Source: Actinomycetota bacterium
GTDB taxonomy: Bacteria > Actinomycetota > Actinomycetes > Actinomycetales > Dermatophilaceae
Direction of reading: 5' to 3'
NCBI GenBank assembly: GCA_046731055.1
Contig: JBKPKI010000021.1
Coordinates: 1 to 60,763, forward strand
DNA length: 60,763 bases
Part shown: positions 20,876 through 33,100 of the stretch, one piece after another
How positions within the stretch are numbered: the stretch's first letter is position 1
How the letters are laid out: every line of letters starts with the position of its first letter
Translations under genes and position numbers: made by a program
The notes under the pieces: model-generated
The model's input: only the letters and a program-made list of their open reading frames with translations
What the model was told of the DNA's origin: nothing
The model's database searches: none

Positions 20876-21821
20876 CGCGCAGGACCGGGAACCCGGACTG
20901 GTTGGTGACGATGCGGCATACCGGGCGGGGTTCGCGTGCCTCGTGGGCCGGCCGAATTCGGGCAAGTCGACCCTGACCAACGCGCTGGTCGGCCAGAAGG
21001 TCGCGATCACCTCGTCGAAGCCACAGACCACGCGGCACACCATCCGCGGCATCGCCATGAGCCCCGGGGCCCAGCTGGTCCTCGTCGACACGCCAGGGCT
21101 GCACAAGCCGCGCACCCTGCTGGGGCAGCGGCTCAACGACCTCGTCCGGGAGACGCTGCTCGAGGTCGACGTCATCGGGTTCTGCCTGCCTGCTGACCAG
21201 CGACCCGGCCCCGGCGACACCTTCATCGCGCGTGAGCTGACCGAGCTGCAGACGGTGAAGCGGAAGCCGGTCGTGGCGATCGCCACCAAGAGCGACCGCG
21301 TCGACCGGGCGCAGCTGGCCGAGCACCTCATCGCCATCGACCAGCTCGGGTCGTGGGACGAGATCGTGCCGTGTTCCGCCACCCGGGGTGACCAGGTCGA
21401 CGTCGTCCGTGACGTCCTCTCGAGCTACCTGCCGGAGTCGCCTCAGCTCTACCCCGACGGCGTCCTCACCGACGAGCCGGAGGCGGTGATGATCGCCGAG
21501 CTGGTGCGCGAGGCGGCCCTCGAAGGGGTGCGCGACGAGCTGCCGCACTCGCTGGCCGTCGTCGTCGACGAGATGGTCCCTCGCAAGGACCGGCCGGTCG
21601 ACTCGCCGCTGCTCGACGTGCGGGTCAACGTCTTCGTCGAGCGGTCCAGCCAGAAGGCCATCGTCATCGGGCGTGGCGGGTCACGGCTGCGTGACGTGGG
21701 GACCAGGGCGCGGCGGCAGATCGAGGCACTGCTGGGCCAGCGGGTCTACCTGGACCTGCACGTCAAGGTCGCCAAGGATTGGCAGCGCGACCCGAAGCAG
21801 CTGCAGCGGCTGGGGTTCTGA
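20865..21821 (+). CDS. era: GTPase Era
   Basis: [24 protein letters not shown] and KH-domain [11 protein letters not shown]. Confidence 0.98.
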   Translation: MSDDAQDREPGLVGDDAAYRAGFACLVGRPNSGKSTLTNALVGQKVAITSSKPQTTRHTIRGIAMSPGAQLVLVDTPGLHKPRTLLGQRLNDLVRETLLEVDVIGFCLPADQRPGPGDTFIARELTELQTVKRKPVVAIATKSDRVDRAQLAEHLIAIDQLGSWDEIVPCSATRGDQVDVVRDVLSSYLPESPQLYPDGVLTDEPEAVMIAELVREAALEGVRDELPHSLAVVVDEMVPRKDRPVDSPLLDVRVNVFVERSSQKAIVIGRGGSRLRDVGTRARRQIEALLGQRVYLDLHVKVAKDWQRDPKQLQRLGF

Positions 21822-21825
21822 GCCG

Positions 21826-23136
21826 TTAGCGCCTCTGCGACGTGGTCTTCTTGGTCGTCTTCTTGGCGGTGGCTTTGAGGACCTTCACGGTCTGCCAGGC
21901 GTCCTTGACGGCCCTGGCCTGGCTGCTGCCCGCGCCGAACCGCGCCTCGGCCGCATCGACGGTCAGCCTCGCGAACCCGGCGAAGTCGATGTCCTTGGTG
22001 ATGCTCGAGCCGGTCAGGACGTCGTACCAGACCAGTCCGGCACCGTCCCATGACCGGCCGCCGATGTTCGCCGCCGCCAGGTAGAACGCGCGGTTGGGGA
22101 TGCCCGAGTTCGTGTGCACGCCGCCGTTGTCGTGCTGCGCATCGGCGGGCAGCTTCACGTAACCGTCCATGTCGACCGGCTGTGGGTCCTTGCCGAGGAC
22201 CGGGTCGTCGTATGCGGTGCCGGGCGCCTTCATCGAGCGCAACGCCACACCCTGCACCTTGGCCGTGAACAGCCCCTCGCCGATGAGCCAGTCGGCGTCC
22301 GCGGCGTCCTGCCCGAGGACTTGCTGCTTGACCATCGAGCCGAAGCAGTCGGACACCGACTCGTTGAGCGCCCCGGACTGGGTGACGTACGTCAGGCCGG
22401 CGGTGTACTGCGTGACGCCGTGCGCCAGCTCGTGGCCGATGACGTCGACGCTCGACGTGAAGTCGTTGAAATAGGTGCCGTCTCCGTCTCCGAAGACCAT
22501 CTGCTGGCCGTCCCAGAACGCGTTGTCGTACTGCTCCTCGTAATGCACCGACGCGACGAGCTCCAGCCCTTTGGCGTCGAGAGAGTTGCGCTGGAACGCG
22601 GACCAGTAGAGCTGCCACGTTGCACCCAGGCCGTCGTACGCGCGGTTGACCGGGTCGTCAGCCGTCGGGGGCTTGCCCTCGCCGCGTACCAGCCGCCCCG
22701 GCAGCTTGGACTGGTGCTGGGCGTCGTAGACGGCGCGCTGGACCACCGGCTCGGCCTTGGCCCTGGCCCGTCTCTCGGCCTCCGCGACGCGTTCGCCGAC
22801 GCGGAGGTTCGGCAACCCGGGAATCGGGCCGCGCAGGTCGCCGCGGCCGCGTTCGGCGAACACCTCACGCTGCCGCCGCAGAAGGGCGTCGGCCTCGAGG
22901 GTGCGCTGCGCCGCCGCCGCGGCATCGTCCGGCACGTCGGGGTGGTCCGGGCCGGCTCCCTCGGCGATCCGACGGAGGATCTCGGGCGGAACGATTCCGC
23001 AGATGGCCCGACCAGGCGACGGACGGGAGCCGCCCCCCGCCGCCCCCAAACGTCCGCACGTGATGACGTGTTGGGCCTGGATGTCCCAAATGCCCGAATA
23101 AAGGTCAGCACGTGCGGAGTTGTGGCGCGAGTTCAT
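21826..23136 (-). CDS. M4 family (protealysin-like) zinc metalloprotease
   Basis: Propeptide CGIVPPEILRRIA, NAFWDG, HELAHG, GALNESVSD and DNGGVHTNSGIPN; start uncertain (ATG 23136 chosen). Confidence 0.9.
   Translation of the reverse strand: MNSRHNSARADLYSGIWDIQAQHVITCGRLGAAGGGSRPSPGRAICGIVPPEILRRIAEGAGPDHPDVPDDAAAAAQRTLEADALLRRQREVFAERGRGDLRGPIPGLPNLRVGERVAEAERRARAKAEPVVQRAVYDAQHQSKLPGRLVRGEGKPPTADDPVNRAYDGLGATWQLYWSAFQRNSLDAKGLELVASVHYEEQYDNAFWDGQQMVFGDGDGTYFNDFTSSVDVIGHELAHGVTQYTAGLTYVTQSGALNESVSDCFGSMVKQQVLGQDAADADWLIGEGLFTAKVQGVALRSMKAPGTAYDDPVLGKDPQPVDMDGYVKLPADAQHDNGGVHTNSGIPNRAFYLAAANIGGRSWDGAGLVWYDVLTGSSITKDIDFAGFARLTVDAAEARFGAGSSQARAVKDAWQTVKVLKATAKKTTKKTTSQRR
23053..23118. repeat. 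Long imperfect palindrome within the M4 ORF 5' end
   Basis: TCCGCACGTGATGAC (23053-23067) / GTCAGCACGTGCGGA (23104-23118), 1 mismatch. Confidence 0.75.
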
Positions 23137-23216
23137 GCGCTCCACCCTGTCGGCCACCACCGACAAGAGCAACGAGCGGCCGTGGGACGGGACGACCGCC
23201 ACCTAGGGTGAGCTGG

Positions 23217-24644
23217 ATGAGCGAGACGACGGCGACCCGGCTCCCGAGGGCCAGACCGTCCCACGTGGGTGTGCCCGCCGCCGCGGTGCATGCGGTGTTA
23301 GACGATTTCGAGGCCCGCGGCCTGGAGATGCACAGCCTCATGGTCGTCCGCCACGGGCACGTTGCCGCCGAGGGCTGGTGGGCGCCCTACTCCGCCGATC
23401 GCCTCCACCTGCTCTACTCGCTGAGCAAGTCCTTCACGTCGACCGCCGTCGGCTTCGCCGTGGCCGAGGGCCGGTTCCGGCTCGACGACCGGGTCGTCGA
23501 CCTGCTGCCGACGCATACCCCGCCGGACGCCGACCCTGCCGTCGCCCAGCTGACCGTCCACCACTTGCTCTCGATGTCCACCGGGCACCGGGACGACACG
23601 CTCGAACCGGCCCGACGACGAGGCGGAGGCCGCCTCGTCCGCGGCTTCCTGGGCATCCCACCCGAGGAGCCCGTCGGCTCGCGGCACGCTTACAACAATC
23701 CGACGACGATGGCGCTCGCGACCCTCGTCGAGGAGCACACCGGTCAGCCGCTGCTCGACTACCTGCGTCCCCGGCTCCTCGACCCGCTCGGCGTCGGCCC
23801 GGCCCGGTGGGACACCGACGAGCACGGCGTCGCTCTCGGATTCACCGGGCTGCACCTGCAGACCGAGTCCGTCGCGAGCTTCGGGCAGCTCCTGCTCCAG
23901 GACGGCGTCTGGAACGGGCGACAAGTTCTCCCGGACGGCTGGGTCGCGCTGGCCACGCGCTGCCACATCGCCAACGACAACGACTCGGGGCGGCCGGTCG
24001 ACTGGCGGCGGGGCTACGGCTACCAGTACTGGATGGCCCGCCACGGATACCGGGGTGACGGCGCATACGGCCAGTTCTGCGTCGTCGTCCCGGAGGCAGA
24101 CCTCGTCGTCGCCACCACCGCCAGCGCCGAGGACATGCAGCAGGTCCTCGACGTGTTCTGGGAGCGGTTGCTCCCCGCGCTCGACAGCGGCTCTCAGCCG
24201 CAGGAGGAGGACGCGTATGCGTCGGAGGCGCGGCTGGCCGAGCGGCTCGCCACGCTGGCACTGCCCGTGGTCGAGCCCCGGCACGACGGACCCAACGCAC
24301 CCAGGAGATTCGTCGTCGAGACCGCCGCCGACGACCAGCCGCTGCGTCGCGGCACCGAGCTGACCGTGAGCCGCCATGGCTCCGACTACCTGCTCACGTT
24401 CGGCCGCGCCCCGCGCGAGCTGGCGGTTCCGTGCGGCCAGGACCGGTGGGTCGAGTCATGCCCTCAGGGCGTCCCGGTGGTTGCCCGGGGTGGCTTGGTC
24501 GACCCCGACACGTTCGAGGCCGACCTCGTCCTCATCGAGACGCCACATCGGATCCGGTTGCAGGGCAACGGTTCTCGGCTCGACGCCCAATGGAACACGC
24601 TTCCGCTGTTCGGCCCGGTGCTGGACTTCGGCGGCCCACGCTGA
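23217..24644 (+). CDS. Serine hydrolase, beta-lactamase family
   Basis: YSLSKS (SxxK), HHLLSMSTG, YNN, YGYQYW and YRGDGAYGQ. Confidence 0.9.
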   Translation: MSETTATRLPRARPSHVGVPAAAVHAVLDDFEARGLEMHSLMVVRHGHVAAEGWWAPYSADRLHLLYSLSKSFTSTAVGFAVAEGRFRLDDRVVDLLPTHTPPDADPAVAQLTVHHLLSMSTGHRDDTLEPARRRGGGRLVRGFLGIPPEEPVGSRHAYNNPTTMALATLVEEHTGQPLLDYLRPRLLDPLGVGPARWDTDEHGVALGFTGLHLQTESVASFGQLLLQDGVWNGRQVLPDGWVALATRCHIANDNDSGRPVDWRRGYGYQYWMARHGYRGDGAYGQFCVVVPEADLVVATTASAEDMQQVLDVFWERLLPALDSGSQPQEEDAYASEARLAERLATLALPVVEPRHDGPNAPRRFVVETAADDQPLRRGTELTVSRHGSDYLLTFGRAPRELAVPCGQDRWVESCPQGVPVVARGGLVDPDTFEADLVLIETPHRIRLQGNGSRLDAQWNTLPLFGPVLDFGGPR

Positions 24645-24663
24645 CCTGAGAACGCCGCGGACA

Positions 24664-25410
24664 TCAGAAGGGTCCGTGCACACCGTCCTGCGGCGGGGCG
24701 TCCTGTGGCGTGGCGGGCCCGGCGCCCCGCACCGCCCCGTTGCTCGTCGTGCCGCTCAACCCCGGTTGGGTGTCTGCACCACCCCGCTTGAGGTGTCGCC
24801 GCATCAGGTACCGGTCGTGACGACCGGGGTACCGGACCCGCACAGACCCGGCCACCGAGTTCCCGTGCAGTACGAGCAGCGGTTTGCCGGGCTGCGGGAC
24901 GGTGTCGACCTTATTGGACACCGAGCCGATGCCCTTGCTGACCTGATCGGTGTTCGCGGCCCAGCCCTCGGGGACCACCAGCACCACCGACCCGACGCCA
25001 GCGGAGACGTGGATGTCCACGACGTCGTGGGCACAGATCGCCTGCTGGAAGTCCAGCTTGACCGTCGCCATTCCGGCGTTGAGGTTGAGGTACGCGGGGA
25101 CCGTCCACACCCCGCGTCGCACGAAGCTCGACATGCCGCCGGTCATCGTCTGCCGATGGCTCGGGTCGGTGCCGAGGCGGGCGAGGTCCGCCGCCGTCGA
25201 CGCCCCGTGCGCCTCCGTGGACGGCGGGACCACCGGGAGGTCCGCGACGAGGCGGTCGAGGTCCGCGTAGGTGCGGGCCTGACGCGTCCGAGCCGACCGG
25301 TCGTCGAGCTCGCCGGGGGTGAGCCGGCCCTCCGCGTACTGCTGCATCAACAGGTGGACGACCCGCTCGCGCTCCTCATGGCCCACGCGCAGGGATCCCG
25401 CGTCAGTCAC
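24664..25410 (-). CDS. DUF1707 (SHOCT-like) domain protein
   Basis: LRVGHEERERVV...YAEGRLTPGELDDR...DLDRLVADLP; C-terminal beta-rich GSVVLVVPEGW; GTG 6 nt after TACCAT. Confidence 0.8.
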   Translation of the reverse strand: MTDAGSLRVGHEERERVVHLLMQQYAEGRLTPGELDDRSARTRQARTYADLDRLVADLPVVPPSTEAHGASTAADLARLGTDPSHRQTMTGGMSSFVRRGVWTVPAYLNLNAGMATVKLDFQQAICAHDVVDIHVSAGVGSVVLVVPEGWAANTDQVSKGIGSVSNKVDTVPQPGKPLLVLHGNSVAGSVRVRYPGRHDRYLMRRHLKRGGADTQPGLSGTTSNGAVRGAGPATPQDAPPQDGVHGPF

Positions 25411-25454
25411 CCCAACATGGTACGAGAGCAGGCCGTACCGCGGCCGAGACGTAG

Positions 25455-28341
<2,887 letters not shown>

Positions 28342-28345
<4 letters not shown>

Positions 28346-28974
28346 CGCACGCCGCGAACCCGGAACTGAATGGAGATCCGGGGGCCGATGTCCTTCGTGG
28401 TCTTCGGGATCGCGTGATCCCAGGTGCGCTGGCACGAGCCGCCCATGACGACGAGGTCCCCGTGGCCCAACGGGAACCGCAGGCTGGCGGTCCCTCCGCT
28501 TCGCGGGCGCAGCAGCAGAGGTCGGGCGCTTCCGATCGACAGGATGGCGACCATGGTGTCCTCCGTGGTGGACCGACCGATCCGGTCGCCGTGCCACGCC
28601 ACGCTGTCTCGTCCGTCGCGGTAGAGGCAGAGCCCAGCGGTCACGAAGCGTTCGCCGAGCTCGGTCTGGTAGTGGTCGCTGAGGGCTTCCCGCACCGTGA
28701 CCAGCATCGGGTGCGGCAGGGGCTCGTCGACGTCGTAGAACTTCGTCAGCCGGGGCACGTCGACGACGCTGTCGTACATCTGGCGCCGCTCGGCGCGCCA
28801 GGGAACGTCGTGATGCAGGACGTCGAACAGGGAGTCTCCGCCGGTGAGCCAGCCGGGACGAAGATCTACCCAGGCTCCCGCCGCCAGTTCTGTGCGCGTC
28901 AGGCCGGCCGTGAGGTTGTGGAGGGTGAGGTCCTCGTCCAGGTCCAGCAGCGAGCTCTGCATCGCGATTGCCAC
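28342..28974 (-). CDS. AlkB-family 2-oxoglutarate/Fe(II) dioxygenase
   Basis: YRDGRDSVAWHGD (HxD), WDHAIPK and PRISIQFR; GTG 7 nt after TAAGAT (alternative ATG 28962). Confidence 0.9.
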
Positions 28975-28996
28975 GGAGCTAATCTTACCGCAGATG

Positions 28997-29012
28997 TCGA
29001 ACACATGTTCGG
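28997..29012. promoter_or_regulatory. LexA (SOS) box
   Basis: TCGAACACATGTTCGG matches the actinobacterial TCGAAC-N4-GTTCGA at 11 of 12 positions, within the AlkB-family promoter. Confidence 0.85.
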
Positions 29013-29062
29013 GCGGTATCGGGCTACACCGGCTCGTTCCCCACGCTTCCTAGACTTTGGCC

Positions 29063-29722
29063 ATGGGAGCCACCACGGCCCATCAGTCCACTGCCGAGCT
29101 GCTGACGCTTCATGCCGTCCGGTTGAAAGGCATGGCCAACGACGCCGAGGTGGCGGCGCGCTTCGCGCTGGAACGCGCTGAGTCCGACGAGCTGCTCCTG
29201 GACTACGAGGCGTTCGGCTGGGTGACCAGGGTCGAGTTCGCCGGTACGAGCGGCTGGACACTCACGTCCGCCGGCCGGAAAGAGAACGAGCGGCGACTGG
29301 CCGAGGAGCTGGCGGCGACCGGAGCCACGGGCGCCGTGCTCGACGCATACCAGAGCTTCCTGCCCTTGAACGGCCGTCTTCTCGCGGCGTGTACGAACTG
29401 GCAGCTCAGGCCGACCCGGGACGACGCTCTCGCTTCCAACGACCACTCCGACGTCGCCTGGGACCAGCGCGTCCTGGCCGAGCTGGCCACGCTGGGCGAC
29501 GAGCTCGACGGAGTCGCCGAAGCGCTCGGCGTGCAGCTGGAGCGGTTCCAGGGCTACGACGTCCGATACCGGAGGGCCTTGGTTCGCGCCCTGAACGGAG
29601 AGCCGGCCTGGGTCGCTCGTCCGCGGGCCGACTCCTGTCACACCGTCTGGATGGAGTTGCACGAGGACCTGCTGGCGACCCTTCGCCTGGAGCGGGAACC
29701 GAGGGCTGACGGGGCGCCCTAG
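29063..29722 (+). CDS. Hypothetical protein with possible winged-helix N-terminus
   Basis: LHAVRLKG...GWTLTSAGR wHTH-like segment; C-terminal DSCHTVWMELHEDLL; ATG 6 nt after TAGACT. Confidence 0.7.
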   Translation: MGATTAHQSTAELLTLHAVRLKGMANDAEVAARFALERAESDELLLDYEAFGWVTRVEFAGTSGWTLTSAGRKENERRLAEELAATGATGAVLDAYQSFLPLNGRLLAACTNWQLRPTRDDALASNDHSDVAWDQRVLAELATLGDELDGVAEALGVQLERFQGYDVRYRRALVRALNGEPAWVARPRADSCHTVWMELHEDLLATLRLEREPRADGAP

Positions 29723-29731
29723 GCTCGGCGG

Positions 29732-29923
29732 ATGGTGTTCTGGCAGCTGACGATCGATGCGAACGACCCAGCGCGGCTGACCTGATTCTGGGCGCAGGCG
29801 CTGGCCCGGCTCACGGGGCTCGGCACCACAGTCGTCGACCGTCGTGTGAACGACGATCCTGTCGATTTCGTCTACTTCGCCGTGCTGCAGGATCCGGAAG
29901 GCAACGAGTTCTGCGTCGGCTGA
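29732..29923 (+). pseudogene. VOC/glyoxalase relic (nonsense codon plus internal deletion)
   Basis: MVFWQLTIDANDPARLT*FWAQAL-ARLTGLG...[15 protein letters not shown]. Both VOC termini fit in only 63 codons; TGA at 29783-29785. Confidence 0.8.
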
Positions 29924-29981
29924 GCGGCCTGGCCGCGCGGCGGGGACGATCGCGGCCGGTGGCGGGGAGAGAATGTCTCAC

Positions 29982-30719
29982 GTGCCCCTCTATCGTGACG
30001 AGGCCGTCGTGCTGCGTACCCACCCGCTGGGCGAAGCCGACCGGATCATCACCCTCCTCACCAAGGAGCACGGGCGGATCCGAGCTGTGGCCAAGGGGGT
30101 TCGGCGCACCAAGTCTCGGTTCGGCGCGCGGCTGGAGCCGTTCATGGTCGTCGACGTCCAGTGCTACGAAGGGCGCAACCTCGACACGGTGACCCAGGCC
30201 GAAAGCCTCGCCAGCCACGGGCAGACCATCGCTCGCGACTACACCGTCTACACCGCAGCCACGGTCATGGTCGAGACCGCCGAGCGGCTTACCGAGGAAC
30301 ACGAACCGTCGACGCAGCAGTACCTCTTGCTGGCGGGCGCCCTCCGGTCGCTCGGCGGCGGGGAACACGACACCGGGCTCGTCCTCGACGCGTACCTGCT
30401 GCGGTCTCTTGCTGTGGCCGGCTGGGCGCCAAGCTTTCACGACTGTGCGAAGTGCGGTGCGCCCGGGCCGCACCAGGCGTTCAACATCGCCGCGGGCGGC
30501 GCGGTATGCCCGGTCTGCCGGCCGCCGGGCTCGGCCGCCCCGGCGCCGGCGACGTTGCGCCTGCTGGCGTCGCTGCTCAGCGGCGACTGGGTGCTCGCCG
30601 ACGCCTCCGACCTGCGCACCCGTCGCGAGGGCAGCGGCCTGGTCACTGCTTTCCTCCAGTGGCACCTCGAGCGCGGGGTCCGGTCGCTACGTCATGTCGA
30701 GCGCTCGGTCCAGGGATGA
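29982..30719 (+). CDS. recO: DNA repair protein RecO
   Basis: [40 protein letters not shown] and Zn finger CAKC...CPVC. Confidence 0.96.
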   Translation: MPLYRDEAVVLRTHPLGEADRIITLLTKEHGRIRAVAKGVRRTKSRFGARLEPFMVVDVQCYEGRNLDTVTQAESLASHGQTIARDYTVYTAATVMVETAERLTEEHEPSTQQYLLLAGALRSLGGGEHDTGLVLDAYLLRSLAVAGWAPSFHDCAKCGAPGPHQAFNIAAGGAVCPVCRPPGSAAPAPATLRLLASLLSGDWVLADASDLRTRREGSGLVTAFLQWHLERGVRSLRHVERSVQG

Positions 30720-31531
30720 GCGGAACGGGGTATGCGGCACCGTTCCCGCACCCGAGCGGAGCTCGGCCGCCGTCCATCCCGCCGGAGCTGATGCCGCGGC
30801 ACGTGGCGATCGTCATGGACGGCAACGGACGCTGGGCGAATGCTCGCGGCCTCCCCCGGACCAAGGGCCACGAGGCGGGCGAGGCCTCCTTGCTCGACGT
30901 CGTCGCCGGTGCCATCGAGGTCGGGGTGACGCACCTGTCCGCCTACGCCTTCTCGACCGAGAACTGGCGCCGTTCGCCGGACGAGGTGCGCTTCCTGATG
31001 GGGTTCAACCGCGACGTGATCCGGCGCCGCCGCGACCAGCTGCACGAGTGGGGAGTGCGGATGCGCTGGGTCGGCCGACGGCCGCGTCTGTGGCGGTCGG
31101 TCATCCATGAGCTGGAAGTGGCCCAAGACCTCACTCGAGACAACACGGGCCTGACGCTGTACTTCTGCGTCAACTACGGCGGGCGCGCCGAGGTCGCCGA
31201 CGCGGTGGTCCGCATCGCCGAGGACGTACGACTGGGTCGGCTCAAGCCGAGCGGCATCGACGAGAGGACCATCGGTCGATATCTGGACGAACCAGACATG
31301 CCCGACGTCGACCTCTTCGTGCGGTCCTCCGGCGAGCAGCGGACCTCGAACTTCCTGCTGTGGCAGTCGGCCTACGCCGAAATGGTGTTTCTCAACACAC
31401 TCTGGCCCGACTTCGACCGCCGCAACTTGTGGGAGGCGATCAACATCTACGCCAGCCGAGACCGTCGTTACGGCGGGGCAGTGGACCGGGCCGCAAGCCC
31501 CCCATCCGGAGAGTCGGCGGGTCACCCCTGA
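30716..31531 (+). CDS. uppS: Isoprenyl transferase (undecaprenyl diphosphate synthase family)
   Basis: [41 protein letters not shown] and RRYGG. Confidence 0.96.
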   Translation: MSGTGYAAPFPHPSGARPPSIPPELMPRHVAIVMDGNGRWANARGLPRTKGHEAGEASLLDVVAGAIEVGVTHLSAYAFSTENWRRSPDEVRFLMGFNRDVIRRRRDQLHEWGVRMRWVGRRPRLWRSVIHELEVAQDLTRDNTGLTLYFCVNYGGRAEVADAVVRIAEDVRLGRLKPSGIDERTIGRYLDEPDMPDVDLFVRSSGEQRTSNFLLWQSAYAEMVFLNTLWPDFDRRNLWEAINIYASRDRRYGGAVDRAASPPSGESAGHP

Positions 31532-31570
31532 GGACCTCGGTCCGCCGGGATCGGGGCATACTCTCCCGAC

Positions 31571-33091
31571 ATGCCCCTCGCCTCCGCTGACCCGCGCACG
31601 ACCCGTGAGACCCGAGAGGCGCGGAACACGTGGGACGTCATCGTCATCGGTGGGGGGCCGGCCGGCGAGAACGCCGCCGACTACGCGATCCGCGGCAGCG
31701 ACCGGACTGCGGTGATCATCGAGAACGAGCTCGTCGGCGGCGAGTGCTCCTACTGGGCCTGCATCCCCAGCAAGACATTGCTGCGTTCGGTCGAGGTCTT
31801 CGGCGAGGCGGAGAACCTGCAAGGCACGGCAACTCGGTTGAGTACCAAGGGAATCGATGTCAAGTCGGTGCTAAACCGGCGGGATGAGTTCACCTCGTAC
31901 CTGGACGACGGCAGCCAGGTCAAATGGGCCAAGCGGGCCGGAATCGACGTCGTGCGGGGCCACGGTCGACTCACCGGCACCCGCACCGTCCAGGTCGCGG
32001 ACTCGAACGGACCGGCCCGCGAGCTGACCGCCCGGCACGCCGTCGTCGTCGCTACGGGCACCACCGCGACCATTCCCGAGATCGCCGGCCTGCGCGAGGC
32101 GCTGCCCTGGACGTCACGTGACGTGACCAACCTGCACCAGGTCCCGCGGCGGGTGGCCATCCTCGGAGGGGGCGTCGTCGCCTGCGAGGCGGCGACCTGG
32201 CTCCTCGGGCTGGGCGTCGAGCAGCTCACTCTCATCGACGTGGGGGACCGGATCCTCCCGCGGTCCGAACCGTTCGCGAGCGAGCTGGTCCATCGGTCTC
32301 TCCTGGCCAGCGGCGCAGAGGTGCTTACCGAGACGAACGTCATGGAGGTGACTCGAAGGTCGCCCAGGGACAACGGGATCGGGCACATCAGCGGCGGTCC
32401 GGCCACCCTTCACATCGGGCGCCGGCGGTCCATCGTCGTCGACGAGGTCGTCGTCGCGACGGGTCGCACCCCCGCCACCCAGGACCTCGGGCTCGAGGCG
32501 GTCGGGATCGCCGACTCGGTCGCCGAGGCGCACGGCTACATCCGTACGAACGACCAGCTGCAAGCCGAGGGTGTGACGGGGCGCTGGCTGTATGCGGTGG
32601 GTGACGTCAACGGTCGCGCGCTGCTGACGCACATGGGCAAGTACCACGGCCGGATCGCCGGCGCGGTCATCGCCGCGCGGGCCAGCACCCAGGAGCGCGC
32701 CGCGGGAAAGGAGTTCCGGGACCGGGCCAGCGAGCGGGTGGTTCCGTCCGTGACCTTTACCTCGCCGGAGGTGGCCAGCGTCGGGCTGACGGAGGACGCT
32801 GCCCGCGACGCCGGGATCGACGTCGAGACGGTCGAGTACGACACCGGAAACGTTTCGGGAGCGGCGCTGCTGATGGACGGCTACGTCGGCCGGGCCAAGC
32901 TCATCATCGATCGCGCCCGAGACGTCCTCGTCGGCGCCACCTTCGTCGGCGCGGGTACCGCCGAGCTCGTCCACTCCGCGACGGTCGCCATCATCGGCGG
33001 CGTGCCGCTCTCGGACCTCTGGCACGCCGTGCCGTCGTACCCGACGGTGAGCGAGGTGTGGCTGCGCCTGCTGGAGGCCCGTCGCGGGTGA
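31571..33091 (+). CDS. FAD/NAD(P)-dependent pyridine nucleotide-disulfide oxidoreductase (dihydrolipoamide dehydrogenase-like)
   Basis: GGGPAG, GGECSYWACIPSK, GGGVVACE, AVGDVNG and HAVPSYPTVSE. Confidence 0.92.
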   Translation: MPLASADPRTTRETREARNTWDVIVIGGGPAGENAADYAIRGSDRTAVIIENELVGGECSYWACIPSKTLLRSVEVFGEAENLQGTATRLSTKGIDVKSVLNRRDEFTSYLDDGSQVKWAKRAGIDVVRGHGRLTGTRTVQVADSNGPARELTARHAVVVATGTTATIPEIAGLREALPWTSRDVTNLHQVPRRVAILGGGVVACEAATWLLGLGVEQLTLIDVGDRILPRSEPFASELVHRSLLASGAEVLTETNVMEVTRRSPRDNGIGHISGGPATLHIGRRRSIVVDEVVVATGRTPATQDLGLEAVGIADSVAEAHGYIRTNDQLQAEGVTGRWLYAVGDVNGRALLTHMGKYHGRIAGAVIAARASTQERAAGKEFRDRASERVVPSVTFTSPEVASVGLTEDAARDAGIDVETVEYDTGNVSGAALLMDGYVGRAKLIIDRARDVLVGATFVGAGTAELVHSATVAIIGGVPLSDLWHAVPSYPTVSEVWLRLLEARRG

Positions 33092-33100
33092 GACCCCACA

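Noticed and set aside
29783-29785. In-frame TGA as possible selenocysteine or readthrough
   Set aside because: The position is not a catalytic Cys site, the gene also has a large internal deletion, and I saw no SECIS-like element.
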